A stretch of 64,000 nt of DNA from NCBI GenBank assembly GCA_045656745.1, contig JAZORT010000028.1, positions 8,862 to 72,861 on the forward strand. The letters are read 5' to 3'. The DNA comes from Eubacteriales bacterium (GTDB lineage Bacteria > Bacillota > Clostridia > Oscillospirales > CAG-272). Made by a program: the position numbers and the translations under genes. Position 1 is the first letter of the stretch. Every line of letters starts with the position of its first letter. Below, piece by piece: positions 25,152 through 34,311 of this stretch. Below the pieces are notes generated by a model, which was not told the origin of the DNA, did not search any database, and saw only the letters and a program-made list of their open reading frames with translations.

Positions 25152-27221
25152 ATGAGCAAAAACACTAAAATCTTAGTTATGGTTCTTTCCCTTGCCCTTA
25201 TGATCGGTGCAGCGGTTGGAATCAACGCTTCTGCTACTACCGATAGCGAAGCTCCCGTAATCGTTTCACAGAACGTTGAATACGGCGGAAACTACGCTCT
25301 TATGTATGCCGTTAAGGCAGACTCGGTTTCCGAGAGCGTAACTCTTAAGGTATACGACAATGCAGCATGCGAGGGTAATGCTTTGTGGACCGGCACTATT
25401 GCCGCTACCGAAGCTAACCAGCAGACCGTTAAGGGCGTGCAGTGCTACGTATTCACCACCAACGGTATCCCCGCAAAGGATATGGACACCCAGTTCTACG
25501 TAAAGGTTTCTTCCACCACCGGTGAGACCGTTAAGAGATACAGCGTTGCAGAGTATCTTTACGAGCGTCTTTACAAGAACGGCGTTGCATTCTCTACCAC
25601 AGAGGGTGACATTAAGCGTGCAGAGCTTTACAACACCATTCTTCTCTACGGTAAGCAGGCACAGGACGTTCTCTTCAACTACGACGCTAACCCCGATAAC
25701 GACAGAGATACCTTCGTTACCGATATGAAGTACGTTTACGTTGCAGATGGCGCAGGAACTGTTGACGGCACTTACGCTTCCGGCATTTTCGTTAAGGGCG
25801 CAAGCGTTACTCTTGCGATAGACAAGGCTATCGAAAGCTGGGATCTCTACGATGCTACTACCGGCGCAAAGATCAAGTCTATAAACGCAGGCGAAAGCTT
25901 CGCGGCAGATACTCACGTTAAGGCTGTTGCAGTTGCTACATACAGAGGTACAGGTAAGTATGCAAACTATGCGGATACCATCAACTACACAGGCGCTACA
26001 ATGGACGCTCTTATGGCTTCCAAGGACGTTACCACAAGCACAAAGAGACCTCTCGGCACTGCTAAAAAGGTCACCTTCTCTGACGGTGCTCTCGTATTTA
26101 CAAGTACCGGCTCAAGCTGGGGTTCTGTTGACTTCTACGGTCATAACCTCGACAACACCTTCGTGCTTGACACCGACTTCTTCATTGACGGCGCAACCAT
26201 AGATAAGAACCGCGCAAGCTACTTCGTTGGTCAAACTTCTTCTCAGATCGGTACAGCAGACGGTACTCTGTACGGCTTCGCACTTCAGATCTATTCCAAT
26301 CCCGACACAACTGTTGGCGGATATATGCTTGAGATAAGAAACAGCGATCTTCCCGTTGCTATCCCCGCAGGCAAATGGGTAAACGTTCGCCTTGAGGCTT
26401 ACGGTACAGCTACCGGATCTGCTATGAAGCTCTTCATAAACGGTGAGCTTGCTGCCGAATCAACAGTTTCTGCATCCATCGCATCTCTCGCAGGCCTTCA
26501 GTTCTGCCACTGCTCTACTTCCGGCGGCAACGGCTTCTCCGCAGGTGTTATGAAGCTTGACAACACCTACTTCGGTTCTATTCCCTTTGCAGGTGAGCGC
26601 GGAACGGGTGACTACGCTGAATCCGCTCTTAACTACACCGGCGTTACATTTGATTCCCTTAAGGCTGACGGTACTATCACCGCAGTTAAGACCGGCGCAA
26701 CCGTTTCTGAAAAGACTCCCGAGTCTGACGCTGCTCTTAAGTTTGACTACAAGGCAAACTCTACTTGGGGTAGATACAGCTTCAAGAACGCTACCGAGGT
26801 TACCGACAGCTACGTATTCGAAACAGATATCTGCTTCAACAATATTTCTATTCCCGCAGGTCGTGGATTCGCATTCTACGGTACCTCCAATCTTTCCGCA
26901 GATGCAGGACTCTCTTTCTTCGGCTTCACACTTGTAAAGCTTGATGACGGCGGATACGGCGTTCGCCTTAACAGCTCCAAGAACACTCCTTACGCTATCA
27001 ACCAGGGCGAGTGGTACAATATCAGAGTTGAAGTTGACGCTATTTCCAACTCCACCATGTATCTCTACGTAAACGACGTTGTCGTTGACACATACAACTT
27101 CACAAACTCTCTCACCGGCATTATGGGTGTTCAGCTTATGTGCTGGTCTACTTACAGCGGCACAGAAGGCTTCACCGGTGAAGTTTACGTTGATAACACC
27201 TATGTTGGCGCAAAAAAGTAA
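25152..27221 (+). CDS. secreted protein: signal peptide, N-terminal domain shared with 397..1854, two beta-sandwich (ConA/LamG-like) modules
   Basis: Signal peptide MSKNTKILVMVLSLALMIGAAVGINASA. Modules span about 25941-26579 and 26592-27209, each with the core VF/LxTD...(K/E)W(V/Y)N(V/I)R(L/V)E...(L/Y)(F/Y)(I/V)N(G/D)...DNTY(F/V)G. Confidence 0.8.
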   Translation: MSKNTKILVMVLSLALMIGAAVGINASATTDSEAPVIVSQNVEYGGNYALMYAVKADSVSESVTLKVYDNAACEGNALWTGTIAATEANQQTVKGVQCYVFTTNGIPAKDMDTQFYVKVSSTTGETVKRYSVAEYLYERLYKNGVAFSTTEGDIKRAELYNTILLYGKQAQDVLFNYDANPDNDRDTFVTDMKYVYVADGAGTVDGTYASGIFVKGASVTLAIDKAIESWDLYDATTGAKIKSINAGESFAADTHVKAVAVATYRGTGKYANYADTINYTGATMDALMASKDVTTSTKRPLGTAKKVTFSDGALVFTSTGSSWGSVDFYGHNLDNTFVLDTDFFIDGATIDKNRASYFVGQTSSQIGTADGTLYGFALQIYSNPDTTVGGYMLEIRNSDLPVAIPAGKWVNVRLEAYGTATGSAMKLFINGELAAESTVSASIASLAGLQFCHCSTSGGNGFSAGVMKLDNTYFGSIPFAGERGTGDYAESALNYTGVTFDSLKADGTITAVKTGATVSEKTPESDAALKFDYKANSTWGRYSFKNATEVTDSYVFETDICFNNISIPAGRGFAFYGTSNLSADAGLSFFGFTLVKLDDGGYGVRLNSSKNTPYAINQGEWYNIRVEVDAISNSTMYLYVNDVVVDTYNFTNSLTGIMGVQLMCWSTYSGTEGFTGEVYVDNTYVGAKK

Positions 27222-27257
27222 TTTATAAGCAAAAAAACAACTGCTAATTAATTGTTT

Positions 27258-27318
27258 CAGCCGCCGCACTCAAGTCACGGCGAGCAACGCTCTCTAAAAA
27301 AAGTGCGGCGGCTGTTTT
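27258..27318 (+). terminator. intrinsic terminator (long loop)
   Basis: Stem cagccgccgcact (27258-27270) pairs with agtgcggcggctg (27302-27314), followed by tttt. Confidence 0.55.
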
Positions 27319-27393
27319 AAATTTAAAATTCTTACAAAGCTTAAAAGTTCAAATCAAACAGTTTTAACCACTCATTTTTTGAGGTATAAATTT

Positions 27394-28644
27394 ATGAACA
27401 AGAATTTACTCATAGGCGTTGAGCCTAAGCTAGCAGAGGCTCTTGACAGCCTTATTTCACTTTTTGATATGAGAACCATGCTTTGGTTCGCAAGACTATA
27501 CGACCCCGAAACGGGCGCATTCTATTATTCTAACAGCGGAAGAGATTACGAGGGCTTCGGTCCCGATCTTGAAAGCACGGTGCAGGGATTGCGCTGTGTT
27601 GCTAACCGCGGTATGCTTGACAATTACGGCTGCAGTCTTAAAGACGCATTGCCTAAAGATATAATAAACAAACTCCTTAACTTTACGATCAACTGTGCAG
27701 ATCCCGACGGATATTATTATCATCCGCAGTGGGGCAAAAACATATACGTTCAGCGCAGAGGCCGCGACCTTACTTGGGCAGAACAGATATTCGAATGGTT
27801 TGATGCAAAGCCGCCTTATCCCACCGCAACCCAGCTTTTGGCACAGGGCGAGCAGAACAAAGACGATGCAAGCTCTGCCCTTCCCGATTATTTCAAGAGC
27901 AAGGGCGCATATATAGATTATCTTGATTCTCTTGATTTTGCACACAAATCCTATCCTGCAGGAAACACGCTAAACGCACAGTATCCACAGATAAAAGCGG
28001 CAGGACTTCTTGATGCCACCTGCGAATATCTCATAGCTCACCAAAACGCGAAAAACGGTCTTTGGGAAGAAGAGATAAGCTACGACAGCGTTTCGGGACT
28101 TATGAAGGTTGCGGGATTCTTCGGCAACGCGGGAATGAAGCTTCCGAACTTTAATCGAGCAATAGATTCCTGTATTGATGCAACCCTTTCCGATCTTCCC
28201 GCTGCAGCGGTAGTTCAGGTGTACAACCCTCATTCGGCGGTTTCAAGCCTTACCGGCGGTATGAAAAAAATGGGTGACGAAGATGCTGTTGCATACAGCA
28301 AAAAAAGGTATCTTGACAACATTGTTCCGCTTATTGAAAAAACAAGAGATAAGCTTTTAACCTTTAGAAAGCCGGACGGCTCGTTCTCATATATGCCCGA
28401 CAGGTCGGCTTGCAAGTCGCAGGGCGCGCCCGTTGCTATCTATATGGAAAACGAGGGCGACGTTAACGCTACGACAATTGCTATGAGCGGCGGTGTCGGA
28501 ATGCTTCTCCACAATCTTGATATGCCGTTTAAGATTTACGACAGCAGTGATTTTGCTGAATTTATTTCGGTGCTTATGGCTCAAACGGTTGTAAGGAAAA
28601 AACCGGTCCCCGAAGGAAGAGAAAGCTCTCCCGGCAGATTCTGA
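27394..28644 (+). CDS. cytoplasmic prenyltransferase/terpene-cyclase-like alpha/alpha-toroid repeat protein (unknown function), paralog A
   Basis: Start at MNKNLLIG, which follows GAGGT. QW-like repeats: DPDGYYYHPQWG, QNAKNGLWEEE, KPDGSFSY, GDVNATT. No signal peptide. It aligns end to end with 39120..40343 and with residues about 241-690 of the 1845-aa lipoprotein. Confidence 0.7.
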   Translation: MNKNLLIGVEPKLAEALDSLISLFDMRTMLWFARLYDPETGAFYYSNSGRDYEGFGPDLESTVQGLRCVANRGMLDNYGCSLKDALPKDIINKLLNFTINCADPDGYYYHPQWGKNIYVQRRGRDLTWAEQIFEWFDAKPPYPTATQLLAQGEQNKDDASSALPDYFKSKGAYIDYLDSLDFAHKSYPAGNTLNAQYPQIKAAGLLDATCEYLIAHQNAKNGLWEEEISYDSVSGLMKVAGFFGNAGMKLPNFNRAIDSCIDATLSDLPAAAVVQVYNPHSAVSSLTGGMKKMGDEDAVAYSKKRYLDNIVPLIEKTRDKLLTFRKPDGSFSYMPDRSACKSQGAPVAIYMENEGDVNATTIAMSGGVGMLLHNLDMPFKIYDSSDFAEFISVLMAQTVVRKKPVPEGRESSPGRF

Positions 28645-28692
28645 TAAAAGTAATGTTTTAATAAAAATTATGTAATAAGGAAGGAAAGTTTA

Positions 28693-31600
28693 ATGAAAAA
28701 AAGCTTAAGTTTATTACTTGCTATTTTTGTTTTGCTCTTGGGGCTTAGTCTTTCATCCTGCAATTCCAAAAAAAATGATAAGGATAAAACTGACGATTCT
28801 GCTTCAAACAACAGCACGACAAATCCCCCGAACTCAAGCACCGATGCTTCGGGAGCTATTTCGGAGGGCTCGAAAATTACCATTATTTACTCAAACGAAG
28901 AAGGAAGCAAAGAAACGGCTAACCAATACAGCACCCTTCTTTCAAAAATACAAACCGCGCTTCTTTACGGCGATGTGTATTACGATGCCGTTTACGGTCA
29001 GGAGTCCTCTTCTCCCGTAAAGTATGAGATCATCGTTGGTAGATCCAATCGCTCAATTTCAACCACCGCTTACAAAAGACTTTCGAGAGTTGAAGTTTCA
29101 AAAGAAGAGGAAACCGATTATCTTCTCGGTTACGGAAGATGGATCGTTTATGCCGAGGGCGGCTCTATTGCCATAGCTTACGATGATGACGAGCATCTTG
29201 CCGCAGCTTCAAGCGCGATCAATGCTCTTATTGACGGATATTTTTCCGGCGGTGCTATTTCGTTTGAAGACGGAGTTCTTGCCGAGGGCGTAGCAGACTA
29301 TTATTCTGTTTATGAAAAACAGGATCAAGAGCAATTAGATCAGCAATGGTTCCGTCTTAAGGAGCTTCTCGGCGAGGACATTACGGCAGCTTTGCAAAAT
29401 CTTTACGGAATTTATTCTGACGGAATGATCGAATGGATGGCTAACCTTTGGGAGCCGTACACCTGTGTATGTACTACCGAGGAATGTACGCATTCTTCAA
29501 CCTACTGCGGCGGCGGAGCATTCTATTACTCCAATTCCGGCCGTAACACCGAAGGCTTCCTTCCCGACTCGGAATCAACAAGACAGATTCTTTATTTCCT
29601 TGAAAATTCGGGTATGCTAAAGACCTATAAGCAAATTCCCGATGAAATGAAGGCCGGTATCGTTCGCTTTTTAAAGAGCCTTCAAGACCCCGAGTCCGGA
29701 TATTTTTATCATCCGCAATGGGGTGACACTATTTCAAACTCCCGACGCGGACGCGACCTTGGCGACTGTACTACCCTGCTTGTTGCCTTTGGCTCTGCAC
29801 CTACATACGATGCTCCCAACGGAACAAAGGGTGACGGAATTTTAGCAGACGGAACTCCCGTTGAACAAGCAGCGCCCGCATCCCGCCTTACCGAAAGGCT
29901 TGGTCTTTCATCCGCTGTTGCAGTTTCAAAGGTTGTGCCCACCGCGGCGGCAATTCCCGCACATCTTGTTGACAAAGAATCCTTTGAAGCTTATCTTAAA
30001 GGACTTAACATAAGAGAAAACTCCTATGGTGCGGGCAACGAGCTTGCTGCACAAATGTCCGAAATTATACAGCGCGACAAGGTTCTTAAAGCAGAGGGCA
30101 AAAACTACTCGCTTGTATCTATTCTTATAAACTTCTTAAACGAAAACCAGAATCCCGACACCGGTGCTTGGGACTGGCCTATGGAAAACGATACCAGAGG
30201 AGCTTACCACGCAAACAACGGCGTGCTTAAAATCTCTATGGTTTACAGCAATGCCGGCGTTTTGTTACCTAACTACACAAAGATGGTAACCAATGCAGTC
30301 AACACTCTTCTTGACCCCGCAACTCCCGGTGCAGTTGTTGACGTTTACAACGTTTGGTACACTCTTTCTATGGTAAAGGGTAACATTGAAAGCTACGGAG
30401 GCGAAGAGGCAAAAGCGCATCTTGCGGCATTCCAGGAAGAGCTTCTTGCGAATGCGGTAACTCTTATTGACGCTACGAGAGAAAAGCTTGTTATTTTCTT
30501 GAAGCCCGACGGTTCGTTCTCTTATCACCCGAAATATTCATCCTCTAACTCCCAATCTGCAACCGTTGCCGTTCCGCAGAGCGAGGAGGGTGATGTTAAC
30601 GCAACGACCATTTGTTGTACCGGTACTATCAGCACAATGTTCAACGCCCTCGGACTTACGAAGCTAAGACCGCAGATCTATACCGATGTTGACTATATGC
30701 GATTTATTCACATCATTGAAAATCTCGACAAGGTTATAAAAGACGAGATTCCTCCTCTTGAAATAGAAGCCACCGGCGACGAAAACAAGGGCAAAGGAAA
30801 ATATTACGAGGATTCTCTTCACTTTGACGGAAGATTTTCAGACCTTGTAAACCAGGGACTCTTCTATTCGCAAAACGATATTATCAACCTTGACAGACTG
30901 AACGTTGGCGCATACGTTGGCACGACCACGGTAAATAAGGACAAGGTTATGGCGTACGGTAAGCTTATCGGCGGAAGCCCTTACCTTTACATCAACCTTA
31001 TGAACGGCAAAAATGGCAACGCAATTGTTTTTGAAACGGATATCTGCCTTATAGGCGGTTCTACCGAGTATTCTGACGGTGCCGTACTGCAGTTCTGGCT
31101 TGACGATGCAAATATCACAAACAGCGAAATGTGGTGGAACGGCTCATTCGCCTTAAAGCAGGAAGAAACCATTTTGGGCGGCGAAGATCCGATACAGCAA
31201 TATTCGGTTTCTCCCACGATGAAAAAACATCTGGTTACCTACCAAACCTGGCACAACATTCGCCTTGAGGTACAGAATTCGGGAATTGTCGGTGCTGAGA
31301 TCCGACTTTACCTTGACAACGTTCTTATAAACAGAAGCTACGTTTCTACCGCGAACACCTCGCTTGACCACCTTACTCTCAGATTCAGAGGTGACAGCGG
31401 CATTGACAGCGTTGTTCTCTTTGACAATATGTTCCTCGGTTCGTTTGACTCCATTCCCGCAGACAACACCGAGCTTATTCCGGATAACATCGAAATAGGC
31501 ACGATTGACGAGAATATCAAAAACGAGCAAATTCGCGGAACGGGTGTTTACGCAAAAGACGCTCAAACCTATGCAGATGTCAACCTTACCTACCTGAGTC

Positions 31601-34230
31601 TTATCGGAAAAATCGGCTCACAGGACGGAAAAATCACCTTTGACAAGGCCTTCTCCGGTCACTATGCGCAAATCAAGCATATAAAAAACACCGGCGAGGC
31701 TATGGTATTCGGTTCTACGACGTCAAGCGACCCCTATCTGTTCTTCTATGCTGAAGGAAACGAAGACGAAAACGACAAGTCCTTGGTCTTTGAAACCGAC
31801 TTTGCATTTATGTCGGGAACGGCAGAGGGCAGATCAGACAACCTCGTAATGCAGCTTTACGCTTCTAAAACAGAGGGTGTTTCCTACTGGTACGGACTCG
31901 GTCTTTCGATCCAACATATTGACGGAAAATATTATCTATGCGGAACAAATCTTAAGCTTCAATTGCCTGTTGCAACCTGGAATACTATTCGTATAGAGGT
32001 TGATGATACTTCAAAGACAGGCTCAGAAGCAAGAATTTACGTTAACAACACTCTTGTATCAACCTTTAACACTACTTCAAACTCCACCTACGTTCCTAAT
32101 ATGATGATACGCTTTATGTCACAGTGTAAGGACGGTAAAGTATACTTTGACAACACGTATTTCAGAGCTCCCATTGAGCCTCCGCCTCCTACACCCGTAA
32201 ATCCTCCCACAGGAACCGAGAGTGACAATATAAGCAACGGCGTGCTTTATGAAAAAGCTGAGAAATACGAGGGCAGAACCCACGAAGCTCTTATTGCCGA
32301 CGGCATAATGGCGATGAATACCAACAGAGGCACGGGTGATTTAAGAACCCTTTCCTTCTCCGACGGAGCTTTGCACTACAAGTCCAGAGGCTCTTCTTGG
32401 GGCTCGATAAACTTCGTAAGCCAAACTGACGGCACGGGATTTGTATTTGAAACAGATATCAAGCTTTCGGGAGTTGTTGCTTCGAAGGACAGACCTATTC
32501 AGTTTGCGGGAAGCTCCAATAACGGAAGCGGTAACGCATCGGTTTATCCCTTCAACATCTCAATATTCCCCTACTCCGACAAGAACGTTGGCGGTTACCT
32601 TATAACCATAAAGGGTAATACCGAGGATGTTGCCTGGATTCCCGAAGCTACCTGGGTAAACATTCGCTACGAGTTTGATACAACAGGATCCGAAGCAGCT
32701 ACAAGACTTCTTATAAACGGCGTTGCCGTTCTTGAAGCAACGTCTACCGGCGCAATCTCAAATATAACAGGCGTTGAGCTGTTTACCATGTCAACGAGCG
32801 GCGGTGTCGGATTTATTGCAGGCACTATCTCGCTTGACAATACCTGGTGCGGCGTATTGACCGAATCTGCACCAACTCCTCCTTCCGGCGGCGGTGAGGG
32901 CGGAAATACCCCCACAGAGCCTGAAACTCCCGTAGATCCTCCCGTTTCAAGCGATGATTACTACGGCAAGGGCGTATATTACGACAAGGCGATCAATTAC
33001 ACAGGCGCAACTCACGCATCTCTTATTTCCGCAGGCCTTATGGCAGAAAACACACCAAGGGGTCTTGGCGGTAAAACGCTTTCCTTCACTGACGGAGCTA
33101 TGGTTTACGCCGGAGTAAAATCCTCATGGAGTGCTATAAACTTCATAAAGCGCGGCTCGGGCGAAGGTATGGTATTCGAAACCGACATAAAGATCGACGG
33201 AGCCGATATCTCGAAGAACAGAGCCACCCAGTTTGTCGGTACTTCAAACAACGGTACCGGAAACGCGGGACTTTACGCATTCCGTATTTCTATTTATTCA
33301 AACGCTGACGGCGGTTATATCATTGAGATCAAGGACAGCGACAAGCAGATCGCAATTCCCGAGGGCAAGTGGGTAAACATCCGCTATGAGTTTGAGACTC
33401 TTACTCTCGGCTCAAGCGTTAAGCTCTACGTAAACGGCGAGCTTGTTATCGAGACCGTATCAAGCGACTCTATATCCAATATCAAGGGCGTTGAAATGCT
33501 TCATTCGTCCAATAACGGCGCAGATCTCGGCTTCTCAAACGGTACTATCACGCTTGACAATACCTATTGCGGAAGCATCTTTGTCGACCAAGGCTCAAGA
33601 GGCGAGGGCGCATACAAGGACTTGGCTGCGGGCTTTGAAGGCGTGACCTTCGATGATCTTGTAACAAGCGGCGCTATTACGCCCGTCAACGCCTCCTCTG
33701 CCCCTGCTTCTATCGTTGATGTGTCGGGTGACAATGCTGTAAAGGTATCGTCAAGCGGCTCGTCCTGGGCAAGATACAGCATCAAGAAGCAAGGTACTGC
33801 CGCTAATATGGTATTTGAGACCGATATGATGATCGAGGATTACTCAAGCTCGGCTACAAGATACTTCTACATCATGCCTACCTCGAATCTCTCGGCAAAC
33901 GCCTCGCTCTATGCTGCGTATATCGTGCTTATGCCTAATTCCGATGGTGGATACGATATCTACCTTAACGATGCAAGCGAAAGCAAGTATACCGTAACCC
34001 AGGGCAAGTGGTTTAACCTTAGAGTTGAATTTGACGGTCTTAGTATGGGCGACAGATTCTGCATCTACGTAAACGGTGAGCTTCTTGCCGAAGCCACCCT
34101 GCAAAAGTCCATTTCAAACGCTCAGGGACTTCAGCTCCAGCTCCCCGGAAGGAGCGGAGATAACGCAGGCGTTGTAGGTAATATCTACTTCGACAACACC
34201 TATCTCGGCGACAAGAAAACTGAAGAATAA
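28693..34230 (+). CDS. 1845-aa multidomain surface lipoprotein: lipobox, N-terminal domain, alpha/alpha-toroid domain, five beta-sandwich modules
   Basis: MKKSLSLLLAIFVLLLGLSLSSC gives a signal peptide plus lipobox, followed by a low-complexity S/N/D linker. The toroid domain spans about nt 29413-30762. Five modules occupy nt 30784-34212, separated by Pro/Thr-rich linkers (IEPPPPTPVNPPTG, APTPPSGGGEGGNTPTEPETPVDPP). Confidence 0.85.
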   Translation: MKKSLSLLLAIFVLLLGLSLSSCNSKKNDKDKTDDSASNNSTTNPPNSSTDASGAISEGSKITIIYSNEEGSKETANQYSTLLSKIQTALLYGDVYYDAVYGQESSSPVKYEIIVGRSNRSISTTAYKRLSRVEVSKEEETDYLLGYGRWIVYAEGGSIAIAYDDDEHLAAASSAINALIDGYFSGGAISFEDGVLAEGVADYYSVYEKQDQEQLDQQWFRLKELLGEDITAALQNLYGIYSDGMIEWMANLWEPYTCVCTTEECTHSSTYCGGGAFYYSNSGRNTEGFLPDSESTRQILYFLENSGMLKTYKQIPDEMKAGIVRFLKSLQDPESGYFYHPQWGDTISNSRRGRDLGDCTTLLVAFGSAPTYDAPNGTKGDGILADGTPVEQAAPASRLTERLGLSSAVAVSKVVPTAAAIPAHLVDKESFEAYLKGLNIRENSYGAGNELAAQMSEIIQRDKVLKAEGKNYSLVSILINFLNENQNPDTGAWDWPMENDTRGAYHANNGVLKISMVYSNAGVLLPNYTKMVTNAVNTLLDPATPGAVVDVYNVWYTLSMVKGNIESYGGEEAKAHLAAFQEELLANAVTLIDATREKLVIFLKPDGSFSYHPKYSSSNSQSATVAVPQSEEGDVNATTICCTGTISTMFNALGLTKLRPQIYTDVDYMRFIHIIENLDKVIKDEIPPLEIEATGDENKGKGKYYEDSLHFDGRFSDLVNQGLFYSQNDIINLDRLNVGAYVGTTTVNKDKVMAYGKLIGGSPYLYINLMNGKNGNAIVFETDICLIGGSTEYSDGAVLQFWLDDANITNSEMWWNGSFALKQEETILGGEDPIQQYSVSPTMKKHLVTYQTWHNIRLEVQNSGIVGAEIRLYLDNVLINRSYVSTANTSLDHLTLRFRGDSGIDSVVLFDNMFLGSFDSIPADNTELIPDNIEIGTIDENIKNEQIRGTGVYAKDAQTYADVNLTYLSLIGKIGSQDGKITFDKAFSGHYAQIKHIKNTGEAMVFGSTTSSDPYLFFYAEGNEDENDKSLVFETDFAFMSGTAEGRSDNLVMQLYASKTEGVSYWYGLGLSIQHIDGKYYLCGTNLKLQLPVATWNTIRIEVDDTSKTGSEARIYVNNTLVSTFNTTSNSTYVPNMMIRFMSQCKDGKVYFDNTYFRAPIEPPPPTPVNPPTGTESDNISNGVLYEKAEKYEGRTHEALIADGIMAMNTNRGTGDLRTLSFSDGALHYKSRGSSWGSINFVSQTDGTGFVFETDIKLSGVVASKDRPIQFAGSSNNGSGNASVYPFNISIFPYSDKNVGGYLITIKGNTEDVAWIPEATWVNIRYEFDTTGSEAATRLLINGVAVLEATSTGAISNITGVELFTMSTSGGVGFIAGTISLDNTWCGVLTESAPTPPSGGGEGGNTPTEPETPVDPPVSSDDYYGKGVYYDKAINYTGATHASLISAGLMAENTPRGLGGKTLSFTDGAMVYAGVKSSWSAINFIKRGSGEGMVFETDIKIDGADISKNRATQFVGTSNNGTGNAGLYAFRISIYSNADGGYIIEIKDSDKQIAIPEGKWVNIRYEFETLTLGSSVKLYVNGELVIETVSSDSISNIKGVEMLHSSNNGADLGFSNGTITLDNTYCGSIFVDQGSRGEGAYKDLAAGFEGVTFDDLVTSGAITPVNASSAPASIVDVSGDNAVKVSSSGSSWARYSIKKQGTAANMVFETDMMIEDYSSSATRYFYIMPTSNLSANASLYAAYIVLMPNSDGGYDIYLNDASESKYTVTQGKWFNLRVEFDGLSMGDRFCIYVNGELLAEATLQKSISNAQGLQLQLPGRSGDNAGVVGNIYFDNTYLGDKKTEE
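30784..34212 (+). repeat. five tandem copies of a roughly 210-aa beta-sandwich module inside the lipoprotein gene
   Basis: Approximate module boundaries in nt: 30784-31443, 31531-32166, 32221-32856, 32953-33576, 33586-34212. Each holds (V/L)VFETD(I/F/M), W(H/N/V/F)N(I/L)R(L/I/Y/V)E, (L/I)Y(L/V)(D/N)N or (I/V)NG, and a terminal (F/L)DN(M/T)(F/Y/W)(L/F/C)G. Confidence 0.75.
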
Positions 34231-34243
34231 CGAAACAAGAAAA

Positions 34244-34276
34244 CGGCTCCCGTTAAAGAGCGGGAGTCGTTATTTT
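34244..34276 (+). terminator. intrinsic terminator after the lipoprotein gene
   Basis: Stem cggctcccg (34244-34252) pairs with gcgggagtcg (34260-34269) with one mismatch, followed by ttatttt. Confidence 0.5.
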
Positions 34277-34311
34277 AGCAAAACATCTACAAAAAAATCG
34301 GAGAATCCAAA

